From contig JANLPS010000068.1 of NCBI GenBank assembly GCA_031367385.1, positions 1 to 21,911 on the forward strand: DNA of 21,911 nucleotides. The letters run 5' to 3'. The stretch comes from Archangium sp. (GTDB lineage Bacteria > Myxococcota > Myxococcia > Myxococcales > Myxococcaceae). Shown here one piece after another: positions 7,430 through 16,728 of this stretch. Positions within the stretch are counted from its first letter, which is position 1. Each line of letters begins with the position of its first letter. The position numbers and the translations under genes were made by a program. The notes beneath the pieces are model-generated. The model saw nothing but the letters and a program-made list of their open reading frames with translations, was not told the origin of the DNA and did not search any database.

Positions 7430-8548
7430 TCACAAGTAGCTGAGCCACCAATCGCGCCTGCGTGCCTTCACGCCTGCGAACCAGCGGCATGGCCAATACA
7501 GGGCGACCACCACGCCGACCCAGCCGAGATACACCGGCCCCAGCCCAAGCCCATACGCTTGGGGAAATGACACGAACCAGGTGAGCACCTGGCTCACCTC
7601 GAAGCCCTGATTCGCCGCGACCACCAGCGCCATCAGGTGCAACAGCACGAGGTGCAGCGCGTAGAAAAAGAACGGCACCCGACCGAAGACGAGCAGCACC
7701 GGCGCAGTGACCAACTCAGCCGCTGCCAGGAGCAGAAAAATCGGCCCGAGCGTCATCAACAGATACAGCAATGATGGCGGGTATTTGCTGGTGTTGACGA
7801 ACGAGAACACCGTGAACAGCGCGTCGCTCTGAGGCACCCAGGGTGACGAATCGCCATACCAATTCGTCGCCCGCACCAGCACGAAGCCCGCGATGCACGA
7901 GAGCCCCGCAATGATCAGCACACGTCGCCGCTGAAAGGTCTCGAGCGTGAAGACCGGGCCCATCACGAAACCGAGCGCCATCACCGCCACCCACGGTATC
8001 AGTGGGTACCCGACTGGAGGCGCACGCTGATGCATCACAGCGAAGGCCCACTCCATCGCGCCCTGGGGCGTGACGTGAAACCCATCGAGCAGGTTGTGCG
8101 ATGCGATGATTGCCACCGAGAGCGTCGCGACCAGCCACCTCGGCAACCAGATCATCGCCGCCAAGAACACCATCGACCACCCGAGCGCCCAGATGACCAA
8201 GAAGCGCGGAGCCGAAAACGAAAACTGCCATGCCCAGCTGATGAAGGTGAGCTCGGCGAACACCAGCCACAGGCCGCGCGAGAGCAGAAACCGTGTCAGC
8301 TCGGGCTTCGATTTCTGGCGGCTCGACAAGAACGCCGAAACCCCCGCCAAGAACATGAACCCCGGCGCACAGAAGTGCGTCACCCACCGGGTCATGAAGT
8401 ACGCCGCGGTCGTGTGGCTCAAGTCAGTCGCGACGAAGGCCTTGAGGCCCAAGAAATCTCGCGCGTGGTCGAGCGCCATCACGACCATGATCAGCCCGCG
8501 CACCGTGTCGATTGACGTGAGCCGTGAGGGCTTAGGCGAACCCGTCAT
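7430..8548 (-). CDS. DUF1624 / HGSNAT-like multi-pass membrane protein (putative acyltransferase)
   Basis: [64 protein letters not shown]; ~10 hydrophobic segments. Confidence 0.8.
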   Translation of the reverse strand: MTGSPKPSRLTSIDTVRGLIMVVMALDHARDFLGLKAFVATDLSHTTAAYFMTRWVTHFCAPGFMFLAGVSAFLSSRQKSKPELTRFLLSRGLWLVFAELTFISWAWQFSFSAPRFLVIWALGWSMVFLAAMIWLPRWLVATLSVAIIASHNLLDGFHVTPQGAMEWAFAVMHQRAPPVGYPLIPWVAVMALGFVMGPVFTLETFQRRRVLIIAGLSCIAGFVLVRATNWYGDSSPWVPQSDALFTVFSFVNTSKYPPSLLYLLMTLGPIFLLLAAAELVTAPVLLVFGRVPFFFYALHLVLLHLMALVVAANQGFEVSQVLTWFVSFPQAYGLGLGPVYLGWVGVVVALYWPCRWFAGVKARRRDWWLSYL

Positions 8549-8954
8549 CGCCCCACCGGGTCAGGCGCTTCTCGATCTCATCTCGGGCAGTTCGAAATCG
8601 CACCAGCATCTCCTCGCGTGAGAGCGGTTCGCTCGACGCAGGGTCTGGAATAGCCCAATGCAGCCGGCGAACCGACCCGAAAAAGACCGGGCAGACCTCT
8701 TCGGCACACAGGGTGATCACGGTGTCGATGCCCTCGGGTACGATGTCGTCGACCGACTTGCTCGAATGACCGGTCAAGTCGATGCCGACCTCGTTCATCA
8801 CCTCGATCGCGTAGGGGTTCACCCGGCCGGGTTTGCTGCCAGCGCTCTGCACCGTCATCTGCGCGCCAAACAAATGCCGGGCCCACCCCTCGGCCATCTG
8901 ACTTCGGGCGGAGTTCGCGACGCACAACAGCAGCAGACTTCGTGGAGGACTCAT
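8532..8954 (-). CDS. arsC: Arsenate reductase, LMW-PTPase fold (thioredoxin-type)
   Basis: P-loop [27 protein letters not shown] resolving cysteines, HW..PDP, FR..RDEI; adjacent to arsR-acr3. Confidence 0.9.
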   Translation of the reverse strand: MSPPRSLLLLCVANSARSQMAEGWARHLFGAQMTVQSAGSKPGRVNPYAIEVMNEVGIDLTGHSSKSVDDIVPEGIDTVITLCAEEVCPVFFGSVRRLHWAIPDPASSEPLSREEMLVRFRTARDEIEKRLTRWGDDGFA

Positions 8955-8973
8955 GCTATCGTCGTATTACGAT
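8955..8973. promoter_or_regulatory. Putative ArsR operator in the 17-bp divergent arsC/arsR gap
   Basis: ATCGT-cgtatt-ACGAT (8958-8973) with nested TCGTA-T-TACGA (8962-8972), overlapping the arsR ATG; TG-C-TATCGT extended -10-like element at 8954-8962. Confidence 0.7.
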
Positions 8974-9313
8974 GAAGGCCTCTCGAACGGAAGCGGCATG
9001 TCCACCGGCAGACACCCGGCCCGACCTGCGGCCGGTTGAAGGTGAAAAAGCCGAGGTCGAGCTGGCCGAGCTGAGCAAGGCATTGGGCCACCCGGCACGC
9101 GTGAAGATTCTCAGGCTGCTGGCGAACCGAAACAGCTGTGTCTGCGGTGAGCTGGTTGACGAATTGCCCTACGCCCAGTCGACGGTCTCGCAGCACCTCA
9201 AAGTGCTCAAAGACGCTGGGCTCATTCGCGGTGAAATTTCGGGCCCTCGTACCTGCTACTGCCTCGAACCCCGAGTGCTGCGACGCCTCAAGGCGCTCAT
9301 CGGCGCTCTCTAA
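8972..9313 (+). CDS. arsR: ArsR/SmtB family arsenic-responsive repressor
   Basis: KALGHPARVKIL, CVCGEL metalloid-binding box, QSTVSQHLKVLKDAGLI HTH, CYC; ATG 8972 chosen because GTG 8942 overlaps arsC. Confidence 0.92.
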   Translation: MKASRTEAACPPADTRPDLRPVEGEKAEVELAELSKALGHPARVKILRLLANRNSCVCGELVDELPYAQSTVSQHLKVLKDAGLIRGEISGPRTCYCLEPRVLRRLKALIGAL

Positions 9314-9334
9314 CCTCAGAATCGAACAAAGACG

Positions 9335-10354
9335 ATGAAGCGACTTTCCTTTCTCGACCGCTACCTGACGCTGTGGATCTTTCTGGCGATGGCCCTCGGG
9401 GTAGGGCTGTCGTTCTTCAAGCCCGATTTCGGCTCGAGCTCTCTGCCAATCGCGATCGGCCTGATCGTGATGATGTACCCCCCGCTGGCGAAGGTTCGGT
9501 ACGAAGAGCTGCCACGGGTCTTTCGCAACCGCCGGGTGCTGGCCCTCTCGCTGGTTCAGAACTGGGTGCTGGGGCCCGTGTTGATGTTCGGCCTCGCGCT
9601 GATCTTTCTCCGCGACAAGCCTGACTACATGCTGGGCCTGATTCTCATCGGCCTCGCGCGCTGCATCGCAATGGTCCTCGTGTGGAATGATCTGGCCAAC
9701 GGTGACCCCGAATATTGCGCAGCCCTGGTCGCGTTCAACTCGATCTTCCAGGTGCTCTTCTTCCCCCTGTACGCGTGGTTCTTCGGCGACGTGTTGCCAC
9801 ATGCGCTCGGTGTTCAGGGCGCGGTGATCTCGATCTCGATGCTCGAGATCGCCAAGACCGTCGGCCTCTACCTGGGAGTGCCCTTCGTCGCCGGTTTTCT
9901 CACCCGACTGGTGCTGCGCAGCGCGAAGGGTGACGCCTGGTACACGGGCCGGTTTCTGCCGACCGTAAGCCCGCTTACGTTAGCGGCGTTGCTCTTCACC
10001 ATCGTCGCGATGTTCTCGCTCAAGGGTCAGGCGCTGCTCGAGTTGCCCCTCGACGTGCTGCGCATCGCACTGCCGCTGCTCATCTATTTCATCGTGATGT
10101 TCTTCGTCTCGTTCTTCATGGCCCGTCGCAGTGGGGCCCCGTACGAGCAGACGGTGACGCTGTCGTTCACGGCTGCGTCGAACAACTTCGAGCTCGCCAT
10201 CGCGGTGGCCATCGCGACCTTCGGCATCGGCAGCGGAGAAGCCTTCGCTGCAGTCATCGGCCCTCTGGTCGAGGTGCCGGTGCTGATCACGTTGGTCTCG
10301 GTCGTCGCCCGAATGCAGAAGCGGTTTTACCCCGCGACGGTGCCGAGCTCGTAA
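9335..10354 (+). CDS. acr3: ACR3-family arsenite efflux transporter
   Basis: [57 protein letters not shown]. Confidence 0.95.
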   Translation: MKRLSFLDRYLTLWIFLAMALGVGLSFFKPDFGSSSLPIAIGLIVMMYPPLAKVRYEELPRVFRNRRVLALSLVQNWVLGPVLMFGLALIFLRDKPDYMLGLILIGLARCIAMVLVWNDLANGDPEYCAALVAFNSIFQVLFFPLYAWFFGDVLPHALGVQGAVISISMLEIAKTVGLYLGVPFVAGFLTRLVLRSAKGDAWYTGRFLPTVSPLTLAALLFTIVAMFSLKGQALLELPLDVLRIALPLLIYFIVMFFVSFFMARRSGAPYEQTVTLSFTAASNNFELAIAVAIATFGIGSGEAFAAVIGPLVEVPVLITLVSVVARMQKRFYPATVPSS

Positions 10355-10818
10355 ATGTAGAACCGGTTGCAGCCCGAGTGCCCGGTCGCGCCCATCACCG
10401 TCGTCGGCGTGAACCCCAGGCGTCGATAGAGCTTCTGCGCGGCTTCCATGCCGGTCAGGGTCTCGAGGTAGCAGCGAGCGAACCCGAATGACTTCGCAGC
10501 ACGCAGGCACTCGCGGAGCAGCGGTTCAGCCAGGCCTTGGCCCCGGGCCTCTTTCAAGAAATACATCTTTCGCAGCTCGCAGACGTCGGGTGAGGCACCG
10601 GTGAGTGGGGCGACTCCCGCGCCTCCGACGACGCGGCCTGCGTCGTCTTCGACCACCCAGTATGCCGAGCGCTCGCCCGCGTAGGCGCGGCTCATGAAGT
10701 CGACCTCGGGGTCATGAATCGCGAAGCCAGGGCCGTCGGCCCCAAACTCGGGCATCACGGTGCGAATGATCGCGGCCATCGCGGCGTCGTCGCGAGGCTC
10801 AATGGGTCGAAAGCGCAT
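10327..10818 (-). CDS. GNAT family N-acetyltransferase (YjgM-like)
   Basis: [18 protein letters not shown] acetyl-CoA motif [30 protein letters not shown]. Confidence 0.9.
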   Translation of the reverse strand: MRFRPIEPRDDAAMAAIIRTVMPEFGADGPGFAIHDPEVDFMSRAYAGERSAYWVVEDDAGRVVGGAGVAPLTGASPDVCELRKMYFLKEARGQGLAEPLLRECLRAAKSFGFARCYLETLTGMEAAQKLYRRLGFTPTTVMGATGHSGCNRFYIYELGTVAG

Positions 10819-12556
10819 TGGGCGTCTCCCGTGATTCGATGAAGGCGAAGCCGATGATCCACACGCAGAGCAAGAACGCCACTGCGTACGCCTCGGTCGC
10901 TCCGCGGTTGAGGTGTTGGTACAGGTAATAGACCATGAAGATCAGGTGCAGGCCGATCACCATGGCCAGCGCCCGCGCATGGGCTCGCATCACCAGCGCC
11001 ATCGCCAGAAAACCCAGCATGTTCCAGTAGTACATGTTCACCGTGAGCCAGGTGAACACGAGCAAGGGCCCGAAGAAGAAGGCCTCGATGTCACTGGTCG
11101 TTTTTCGAATCAGCAAGGCGATCAGCGCTGTGAACGCGAGCCGGGTCACCAAGAATGACACGCTGTAATCGGCGATGTCGACCTCGGGCAGCGCCTGCTT
11201 GAGACCCGAGGGGAAAATGCCCGCGAACAGGCCCGATTGCCCCGGCGCCGCGAACTGCAGGAACACGGTCTTCAGCGAATATTGAATCGTGTAGAACTTC
11301 TCGACCTGCGCGACCTGTATGCGCTGCGCGTACTTCGCCCACGAGTCGACGCCGAACAGGCCCGCCGCGACGACGACGAGCACCAGCCCGGTGACGAACG
11401 CCGCCGCGGCGAAGCGCACGTGCTCTCGCCGAATGACGCGCGTCTTCGCGTACTCGTTGACCGCTCGAATCAGCATCGCGACCCCAAACAGAATGGGGAA
11501 CAACTTGGTCGTCGCGGCGAACGAGAAGAACACGCCCGCCGTCGCCCAGCGCCCGCGCTTCATGAAACACGCCGCCATTCCCAGCGCGAAGATCCAGTCC
11601 CACCTCAAGAAGCTGCCTGACAGGTAGTCGAACACCAGCGGCGGAGTCGCCCACATGAGCAGCCCCACGCTCGCCACTTTGCGACCAAACGTGTCGTACA
11701 CGAACAGCCACATGCCCAGCATTAGCAGCATGTCGAGCCAGCCGAGCAGCGCCTGGTTCTTGGTCGAGAGCGGCAGCAGCAGCGAAATCGGGTGCGCGAT
11801 GATCGCCCAGGCCGGTGAGTTCGAGTTGCCGTGATCAGTCACCACCTGCTGCCAGTTGATCGGCCACAGCCTGGCCATCGTGGCCCAGTCGTCTTTGAAG
11901 GCCGCCCATTGAGCGTCGGTGAACTGCGCGCGAACCCTCGCCGAGTCTCGCAGCGCGTCTTCGACCGAGATCTCATTGAACGTCTCGAGCTCACGGGTCT
12001 TGGTCACGTTGCCCAGCGCATGAGCCCCCTCGCGGTCGGCCAGAATCGTGGCCTTGTAGAGGTCGAACCAGCCGATTTCCTTCTGGTATTTGGCGCCGAA
12101 GTAGAAGTGGTACTGCTCCCACGGGTGCACGAGTGGCAGTGATTCTGTGCGCACACCCCACCACAGCCACCCCGAGACCAGCACCAGGCTCAGCGCGATC
12201 GCCGTGTGCCGGTAGGGCCGCTGCACCGTGGGGAGCCCGACGCTCTTGGCAAGCTCGGTCGACCCCTCGCGAAATGACTTCTGCCGCCGGGTGGGCTCGG
12301 CCTTCGAGAACGCCGTCTTCACCAGCCACCCGATGATCAGAATGATCGGCACGATCACCATCGTGTACGGCCAGCTCGAGCCCTCGCGGAGCGCCCCATA
12401 GTTCGCCCAGGCAAAGACCATCAGACCGGCCAGGCTGGCAAAGGCGAGGTGGCGGGCGCGCTCGAAGCGCTCCGGAGCCACGAAATCGAGCACCAACAGC
12501 CCGATCGACGCCTCGAGAATGACGATCTTGATGATGCCCGAGATGAAGTGGTTCAC
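10799..12556 (-). CDS. Polytopic membrane protein, possible GT-C-fold (GT87/DUF2029-like) glycosyltransferase
   Basis: Many TM helices plus a large loop (HFYFGAKY..E.GWFDLY; DHGNSNSP), GSFLRWDW, A..KLFP motif. GTG 12556 preferred to avoid overlap with mrp. Function is tentative. Confidence 0.6.
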   Translation of the reverse strand: MNHFISGIIKIVILEASIGLLVLDFVAPERFERARHLAFASLAGLMVFAWANYGALREGSSWPYTMVIVPIILIIGWLVKTAFSKAEPTRRQKSFREGSTELAKSVGLPTVQRPYRHTAIALSLVLVSGWLWWGVRTESLPLVHPWEQYHFYFGAKYQKEIGWFDLYKATILADREGAHALGNVTKTRELETFNEISVEDALRDSARVRAQFTDAQWAAFKDDWATMARLWPINWQQVVTDHGNSNSPAWAIIAHPISLLLPLSTKNQALLGWLDMLLMLGMWLFVYDTFGRKVASVGLLMWATPPLVFDYLSGSFLRWDWIFALGMAACFMKRGRWATAGVFFSFAATTKLFPILFGVAMLIRAVNEYAKTRVIRREHVRFAAAAFVTGLVLVVVAAGLFGVDSWAKYAQRIQVAQVEKFYTIQYSLKTVFLQFAAPGQSGLFAGIFPSGLKQALPEVDIADYSVSFLVTRLAFTALIALLIRKTTSDIEAFFFGPLLVFTWLTVNMYYWNMLGFLAMALVMRAHARALAMVIGLHLIFMVYYLYQHLNRGATEAYAVAFLLCVWIIGFAFIESRETPNALSTH

Positions 12557-12614
12557 AGGGCGCCCTCTTACCTCACTCTTGCGCCGCGTCATGCCGGCCC
12601 GTATTGGAGCTTTC

Positions 12615-13709
12615 ATGACTGTTCAAGAAGTCGACATTTTCAACGCCCTGTCAAAGGTGATGGACCCGGACCTCCACACCGACATTGTCAAGGCGGGCAT
12701 GATCAAGGACCTCAAGATCGAGGGCACCAGCGTCTCGTTGAAGATCGAGCTCACGACGCCCGCGTGCCCGGTCAAAGATCAGATCCAGAAAGACGCCGAG
12801 ACCCAGCTTCGGCTGGTGCCCAACATGGGCACGCTCAAGGTCGAGATGACCTCGCGGGTTCGGTCGGCGCCCAAGGGGCCTCAGGCCAAAGACGCAATGC
12901 TGCCGGGCGTGAAGAACGTGGTGCTGGTCGGCGCAGGCAAGGGCGGGGTCGGCAAGTCGACGGTCGCGCTCAACGTCGCGGTCGCGCTGGCTCGGCATGG
13001 CGCCAAGGTCGGGCTGCTCGACGCTGACTTTCACGGCCCCTCGGTGCCGGTGATGACGGGCCTCAAGCGCAAGCCGGTCTCTCGCGATGGCAAGCTGCTC
13101 GAGCCGCTCGAGGCGCATGGCATCAAGGTGATGTCGATCGGGTTTTTGATCGAGGCTGATCAGGCGCTGATCTGGCGCGGCCCGATGATTCACGGAGCCC
13201 TCACCCAGCTCGTTCGCGACGTCGATTGGGGCGAGCTCGATTACCTGGTGCTCGATCTCCCTCCGGGCACCGGTGACGTGCCGCTGACCGTGGCGCAGCA
13301 GGTGCGCAGTGCGGGGGCGGTGTTGGTGACGACTCCGCAAGACGTGGCGCTGGCCGATGTGGTTCGCGCGAAGCAGATGTTCGACAAGCTCCACATTCCT
13401 TTGTTGGGCATCGTCGAGAACATGAATCAATTCATCTGCCCGCACTGCGGCAAGGGCACCCACATCTTCGACACCGGCGGCGGCCGCAAGGCTTCGGAGA
13501 TGATGGACGTGCCGTTTCTCGGCGAGATACCCCTCGATATTCGCATTCGGCAGGGCGGAGACCGCGGTTTGCCGATCGTGGCAGGGCACCCCGAGAGCCC
13601 CGAGGCTGATGCGTTCATGAAGATCGCGCAACGCATCGCCGCCCGAATCTCGCAAGAGAACGCCACCCGCCAGGGCCCCGTTTTGAGCATGCCCGCGGCC
13701 GCCAGCTGA
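12615..13709 (+). CDS. apbC: Mrp/ApbC (NBP35 family) Fe-S cluster carrier ATPase
   Basis: N-terminal DPDL..LTTPACP domain, GKGGVGKST, LLDAD.HGPS, WRGPM, DLPPGTGD, ENM...CPHC; GGAG RBS at 12606-12609. Confidence 0.93.
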   Translation: MTVQEVDIFNALSKVMDPDLHTDIVKAGMIKDLKIEGTSVSLKIELTTPACPVKDQIQKDAETQLRLVPNMGTLKVEMTSRVRSAPKGPQAKDAMLPGVKNVVLVGAGKGGVGKSTVALNVAVALARHGAKVGLLDADFHGPSVPVMTGLKRKPVSRDGKLLEPLEAHGIKVMSIGFLIEADQALIWRGPMIHGALTQLVRDVDWGELDYLVLDLPPGTGDVPLTVAQQVRSAGAVLVTTPQDVALADVVRAKQMFDKLHIPLLGIVENMNQFICPHCGKGTHIFDTGGGRKASEMMDVPFLGEIPLDIRIRQGGDRGLPIVAGHPESPEADAFMKIAQRIAARISQENATRQGPVLSMPAAAS

Positions 13710-13721
13710 TAAGAGTGCGCC

Positions 13722-14207
13722 ATGGCCGATAAACCGACCGACGACGACCCGCTGGCTGGTGACGATGCCGCTGAGGCCGATGGCAAGCCCGGCTCGCGGT
13801 TCGTGCCTGACTTCGTGCGCCGCATGGCCTGGGCCGGGTTGGGCGCGGTGTTCATGTCTGAAGAGGGCATTCGGCGCCTGGCAGGTCAGCTCAAGCTGCC
13901 CAAAGAAGCGCTCGGGTTTTTGCTCGCGCAGGCCGAGAAGACGAAAGACGACGTCGGCCGCGTGGTCTCTGAAGAAGTTCGCAAGCTCTTGCAGTCAGAC
14001 AAGCTGCGCGACGAAATGCTCAAGCTCATCGCGGGCATGACCATCGAAGTGCGGGCTGAGATCAAGCTCGTGCCTGATCGGGTCAAGGGCAAGGCGCCGT
14101 CGTTGCTGCCGAAGGTCGCGGTGCACGAGCTCAAGACCAAGTACTCGAGCGATGAGCCCAAGCGCGGCAAATCGAAGAAAGACGAATCATCAGACGATGA
14201 CAGCTGA
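13722..14207 (+). CDS. Hypothetical helical protein (weak phasin/PhaF-like segment)
   Basis: Co-oriented 12 bp after apbC; gene-like codon usage; RRMAWAGLGAVF followed by amphipathic helices; charged termini. Confidence 0.7.
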   Translation: MADKPTDDDPLAGDDAAEADGKPGSRFVPDFVRRMAWAGLGAVFMSEEGIRRLAGQLKLPKEALGFLLAQAEKTKDDVGRVVSEEVRKLLQSDKLRDEMLKLIAGMTIEVRAEIKLVPDRVKGKAPSLLPKVAVHELKTKYSSDEPKRGKSKKDESSDDDS

Positions 14208-14577
14208 GCGCAGCCCGTGGCTTCGGCGCCGGCTGCCGTTGCTGCTCGTGCTCGGCCTGGGCTTTCTGGTGTGGAAGAACGGCTTCGGAGTGCTGGCCAC
14301 CGAGCGGCGCGTCGAATGGCGTGTGCCGGTGCCGTACAGCGAGCTTCGATCGGTCGAGTTGCAGCTGTGGCGAGGCGAGGCACTGCTCAAGCGAGAAGAG
14401 CGGCGCTTCGAGGCTGGAGTCACCAGCGCTCTGGAGAACAGCGTCTCGCTGACCCGAGGCGAGCATCGCGCGGTGGCGATTGTCGGGCTCGAGGGCGGTG
14501 CGTCAAAGACCTTTAGCGCAATCATCGACCCTGCAAACGACCCGATAGTGGTCATCGACTTCGATCAGCGTCGCTGA
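14197..14577 (+). CDS. Hypothetical protein with N-terminal membrane anchor
   Basis: ATG 14197 overlaps the upstream stop; LRRRLPLLLVLGLGFLVW TM segment followed by a beta-rich region. Confidence 0.65.
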   Translation: MTAERSPWLRRRLPLLLVLGLGFLVWKNGFGVLATERRVEWRVPVPYSELRSVELQLWRGEALLKREERRFEAGVTSALENSVSLTRGEHRAVAIVGLEGGASKTFSAIIDPANDPIVVIDFDQRR

Positions 14578-14631
14578 AACACTGGCTGACCCGGCTGCGT
14601 CACCGTCGCTTGTGAGCTGCTTCGCCCGAGC

Positions 14632-14967
14632 CTACGGGAGGCCGCAGATCCCCGACGAGTTGCCAGGCGGGTAACGACACACGTACAGACCAGGGCACGG
14701 CTTCGATTGGCTGCACGTCTGCGTGCAGAAATTCTTGGAAGGCTGGAACGCATCAGGCTTCGCGCAGAAATCTGACGAGCAGTCGCCGTCACGCGCACAC
14801 GTTTCACCGAACCCGGCTTTGACTGAACCACCGCCTGTGCCACCACCAGCGCCTGTGCCGCCACCACCGCCCGCACCACCACCACCCGCACCGTCACTCG
14901 GGCCAGGAGGCGCGCAGGCGATGAGGAGTAAGAAAACCGCGAGGCTCCGAAGCCAGTACATTCTCAT
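14632..14967 (-). CDS. Small Gly-rich, Cys-rich lipoprotein
   Basis: MRMYWLRSLAVFLLLIAC lipobox, poly-Gly linker, 8-Cys module GETC..DGDC...FC...FCTQTC....PCP..YVC......GIC. Confidence 0.8.
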   Translation of the reverse strand: MRMYWLRSLAVFLLLIACAPPGPSDGAGGGGAGGGGGTGAGGGTGGGSVKAGFGETCARDGDCSSDFCAKPDAFQPSKNFCTQTCSQSKPCPGLYVCRYPPGNSSGICGLP

Positions 14968-15098
14968 ATGAGGAGAACACGTGAACCTCGGCGGAGGTGC
15001 AATCTCTAGTTCACAGGCGGCACCACTATGCCTCTCTTTGGCTGCAACTTCGCAGCGTTGGGCAAGCAACTTTCTCTCTCGTGCGCCGAGAATCTCAG

Positions 15099-15818
15099 AT
15101 GCGAAACGTGAGCGTGGTGGTGGCCCTCTTCGCCGCATCGGGGTGCGTCATCGTCGTGCCCGAAGTGGCCAAACAGTACAATTTTCAGTGCGTCGACGCC
15201 CTCTCGGCTGGCGACCTCGACCAGGCCGACGTGCTCTGTGACCACGCCCTCGAGTACCAGTCTGAGTACTGGGACGCGTTGAACAACAAAGGGCTGATCG
15301 CCCTGCGCCGCGGCAACGAGAAGGCCGCGAAGCGTTTCTTTATTCATGCCATTCGGGCCAACAACAGCATGGCCCAGGCCTACGTGAACTTGTGCCAGAT
15401 GGCGCTCGACAAGGCCGACTTCATGAACGCCCGAGACAATTGCCTGGCCGCCCTCCGCATCAACCCCGACTTCGGTGAGGCACGGCACAACCTCGGCCTC
15501 GCGTACCTGCGCCTCAATCGCCTCGATGATGCAGAGAAGACCTTTCGGCACCTGGTGGCCTCGGCGCCCGGCGTCTCTCAGGGCTACGCGAACGTCGGCG
15601 CGGTGATGCTCGCCAAGCAGAAGCCCACCGAGGCGCTGGGGTGGTTCGACCAGGCGCTGCTCCTCGAGGCCGGGTACGCCGACGCGTGGAAAGGCCGAGG
15701 TTTCGCCCTCGAGACGCTGGGCCACCGGGAGGAAGCCCTGAGCGCCTATGCGTCGTGCGCTGAATTCGCCCCGGGTGACCTCGAGTGCCGGCAGGGTCTC
15801 ACGCGCCTGGCCGAGTGA
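15099..15818 (+). CDS. TPR-repeat lipoprotein (Tgl/PilF-like)
   Basis: Lipobox ALFAASGC; repeated TPR signatures (ALNNKG, AYVNL, ARHNLG, GYANVG, AWKGRG). Confidence 0.8.
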   Translation: MRNVSVVVALFAASGCVIVVPEVAKQYNFQCVDALSAGDLDQADVLCDHALEYQSEYWDALNNKGLIALRRGNEKAAKRFFIHAIRANNSMAQAYVNLCQMALDKADFMNARDNCLAALRINPDFGEARHNLGLAYLRLNRLDDAEKTFRHLVASAPGVSQGYANVGAVMLAKQKPTEALGWFDQALLLEAGYADAWKGRGFALETLGHREEALSAYASCAEFAPGDLECRQGLTRLAE

Positions 15819-15869
15819 GCCCTCGAAAAGACCGCTGAGCGCCCCGACGAGGCGGTGTATGCACGCGGC

Positions 15870-16718
15870 ATGTCCCTCAATCACATGCTCGTGGTCGGCG
15901 CAGGTCAGATGGGCGCCGGTATCGCCCAGGTCGCGCTCGTCGCAGGTCAAAAGGTCACCTTGGCCGACGTCTCGGCGGAGTCACTCGCCAAAGGCCGGGC
16001 CGGCATCGAAAAAGGTCTCGGCAGGCTGGTCGAGAAGGCCAAGCTCGACGACGCGGCTCGCCAATCGGCGCTCGGCCGCCTCTCGACCGCCTCGAATGTG
16101 CTCGACGTGAAGAACGTCGACGTGGGCATCGAAGCCGTCACCGAAAACGAAGAGCTCAAGAAGCGAATCTTTCGCGACCTCGACCAGGTGGTGCGCCCCG
16201 GCGGAGTGCTCGCCACCAACACCTCGTCAATCCCCATCACTCGAATCGCCGCGGTCACCAAGCGCCCCGACGCGGTCATCGGCATGCACTTCATGAACCC
16301 GGTGCCGGTGATGACCCTGGTCGAAATCATTCGCGGAGCCGCCACCAGCGACGAGACCTACACCGCCACCAAGGCGATGGCCGAGAAGATGGGCAAGACC
16401 ACCGTCACCTCGCGCGATTTCCCCGGGTTTATCGTCAATCGCATCCTCATCCCCATGCTCAATGAGGCGTGCTTCGTGCTGCAAGAGGGCGTCGCCACCG
16501 TCGAAGACATCGACTCCGCGATGAAGCTCGGTACGAACCAGCCGATGGGCCCGCTCACGCTGGCTGATTTCATCGGCCTCGATACCGTGCTCTCGATCGC
16601 CGAGGTGCTGCACAAGGGCCTGGGTGACTCGAAGTACCGGCCCAACCCGTTGCTGCGGCAGTACGTCGAGGCTGGCTGGCTCGGCAAGAAGACCGGCCGC
16701 GGTTTTTACAAGTACTAG
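15870..16718 (+). CDS. hbd: 3-hydroxybutyryl-CoA dehydrogenase
   Basis: VVGAGQMGAGIA, EAVTENEELK, TNTSSIPI, GMHFMNPVPVM, PGFIVNRIL, PMGPL, LGKKTGRGFY. Confidence 0.95.
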   Translation: MSLNHMLVVGAGQMGAGIAQVALVAGQKVTLADVSAESLAKGRAGIEKGLGRLVEKAKLDDAARQSALGRLSTASNVLDVKNVDVGIEAVTENEELKKRIFRDLDQVVRPGGVLATNTSSIPITRIAAVTKRPDAVIGMHFMNPVPVMTLVEIIRGAATSDETYTATKAMAEKMGKTTVTSRDFPGFIVNRILIPMLNEACFVLQEGVATVEDIDSAMKLGTNQPMGPLTLADFIGLDTVLSIAEVLHKGLGDSKYRPNPLLRQYVEAGWLGKKTGRGFYKY

Positions 16719-16728
16719 AGGGCGCCCA

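Noticed and set aside
10327..10818. GNAT as ArsN-type arsenic acetyltransferase
   Set aside because: It is convergent to acr3, coupled to the upstream membrane gene, and looks YjgM-like; adjacency alone is insufficient.
15060..15075. Sigma-54 promoter before the TPR lipoprotein
   Set aside because: GGCAAG-N4-TTTCT lacks the near-invariant -12 GC.
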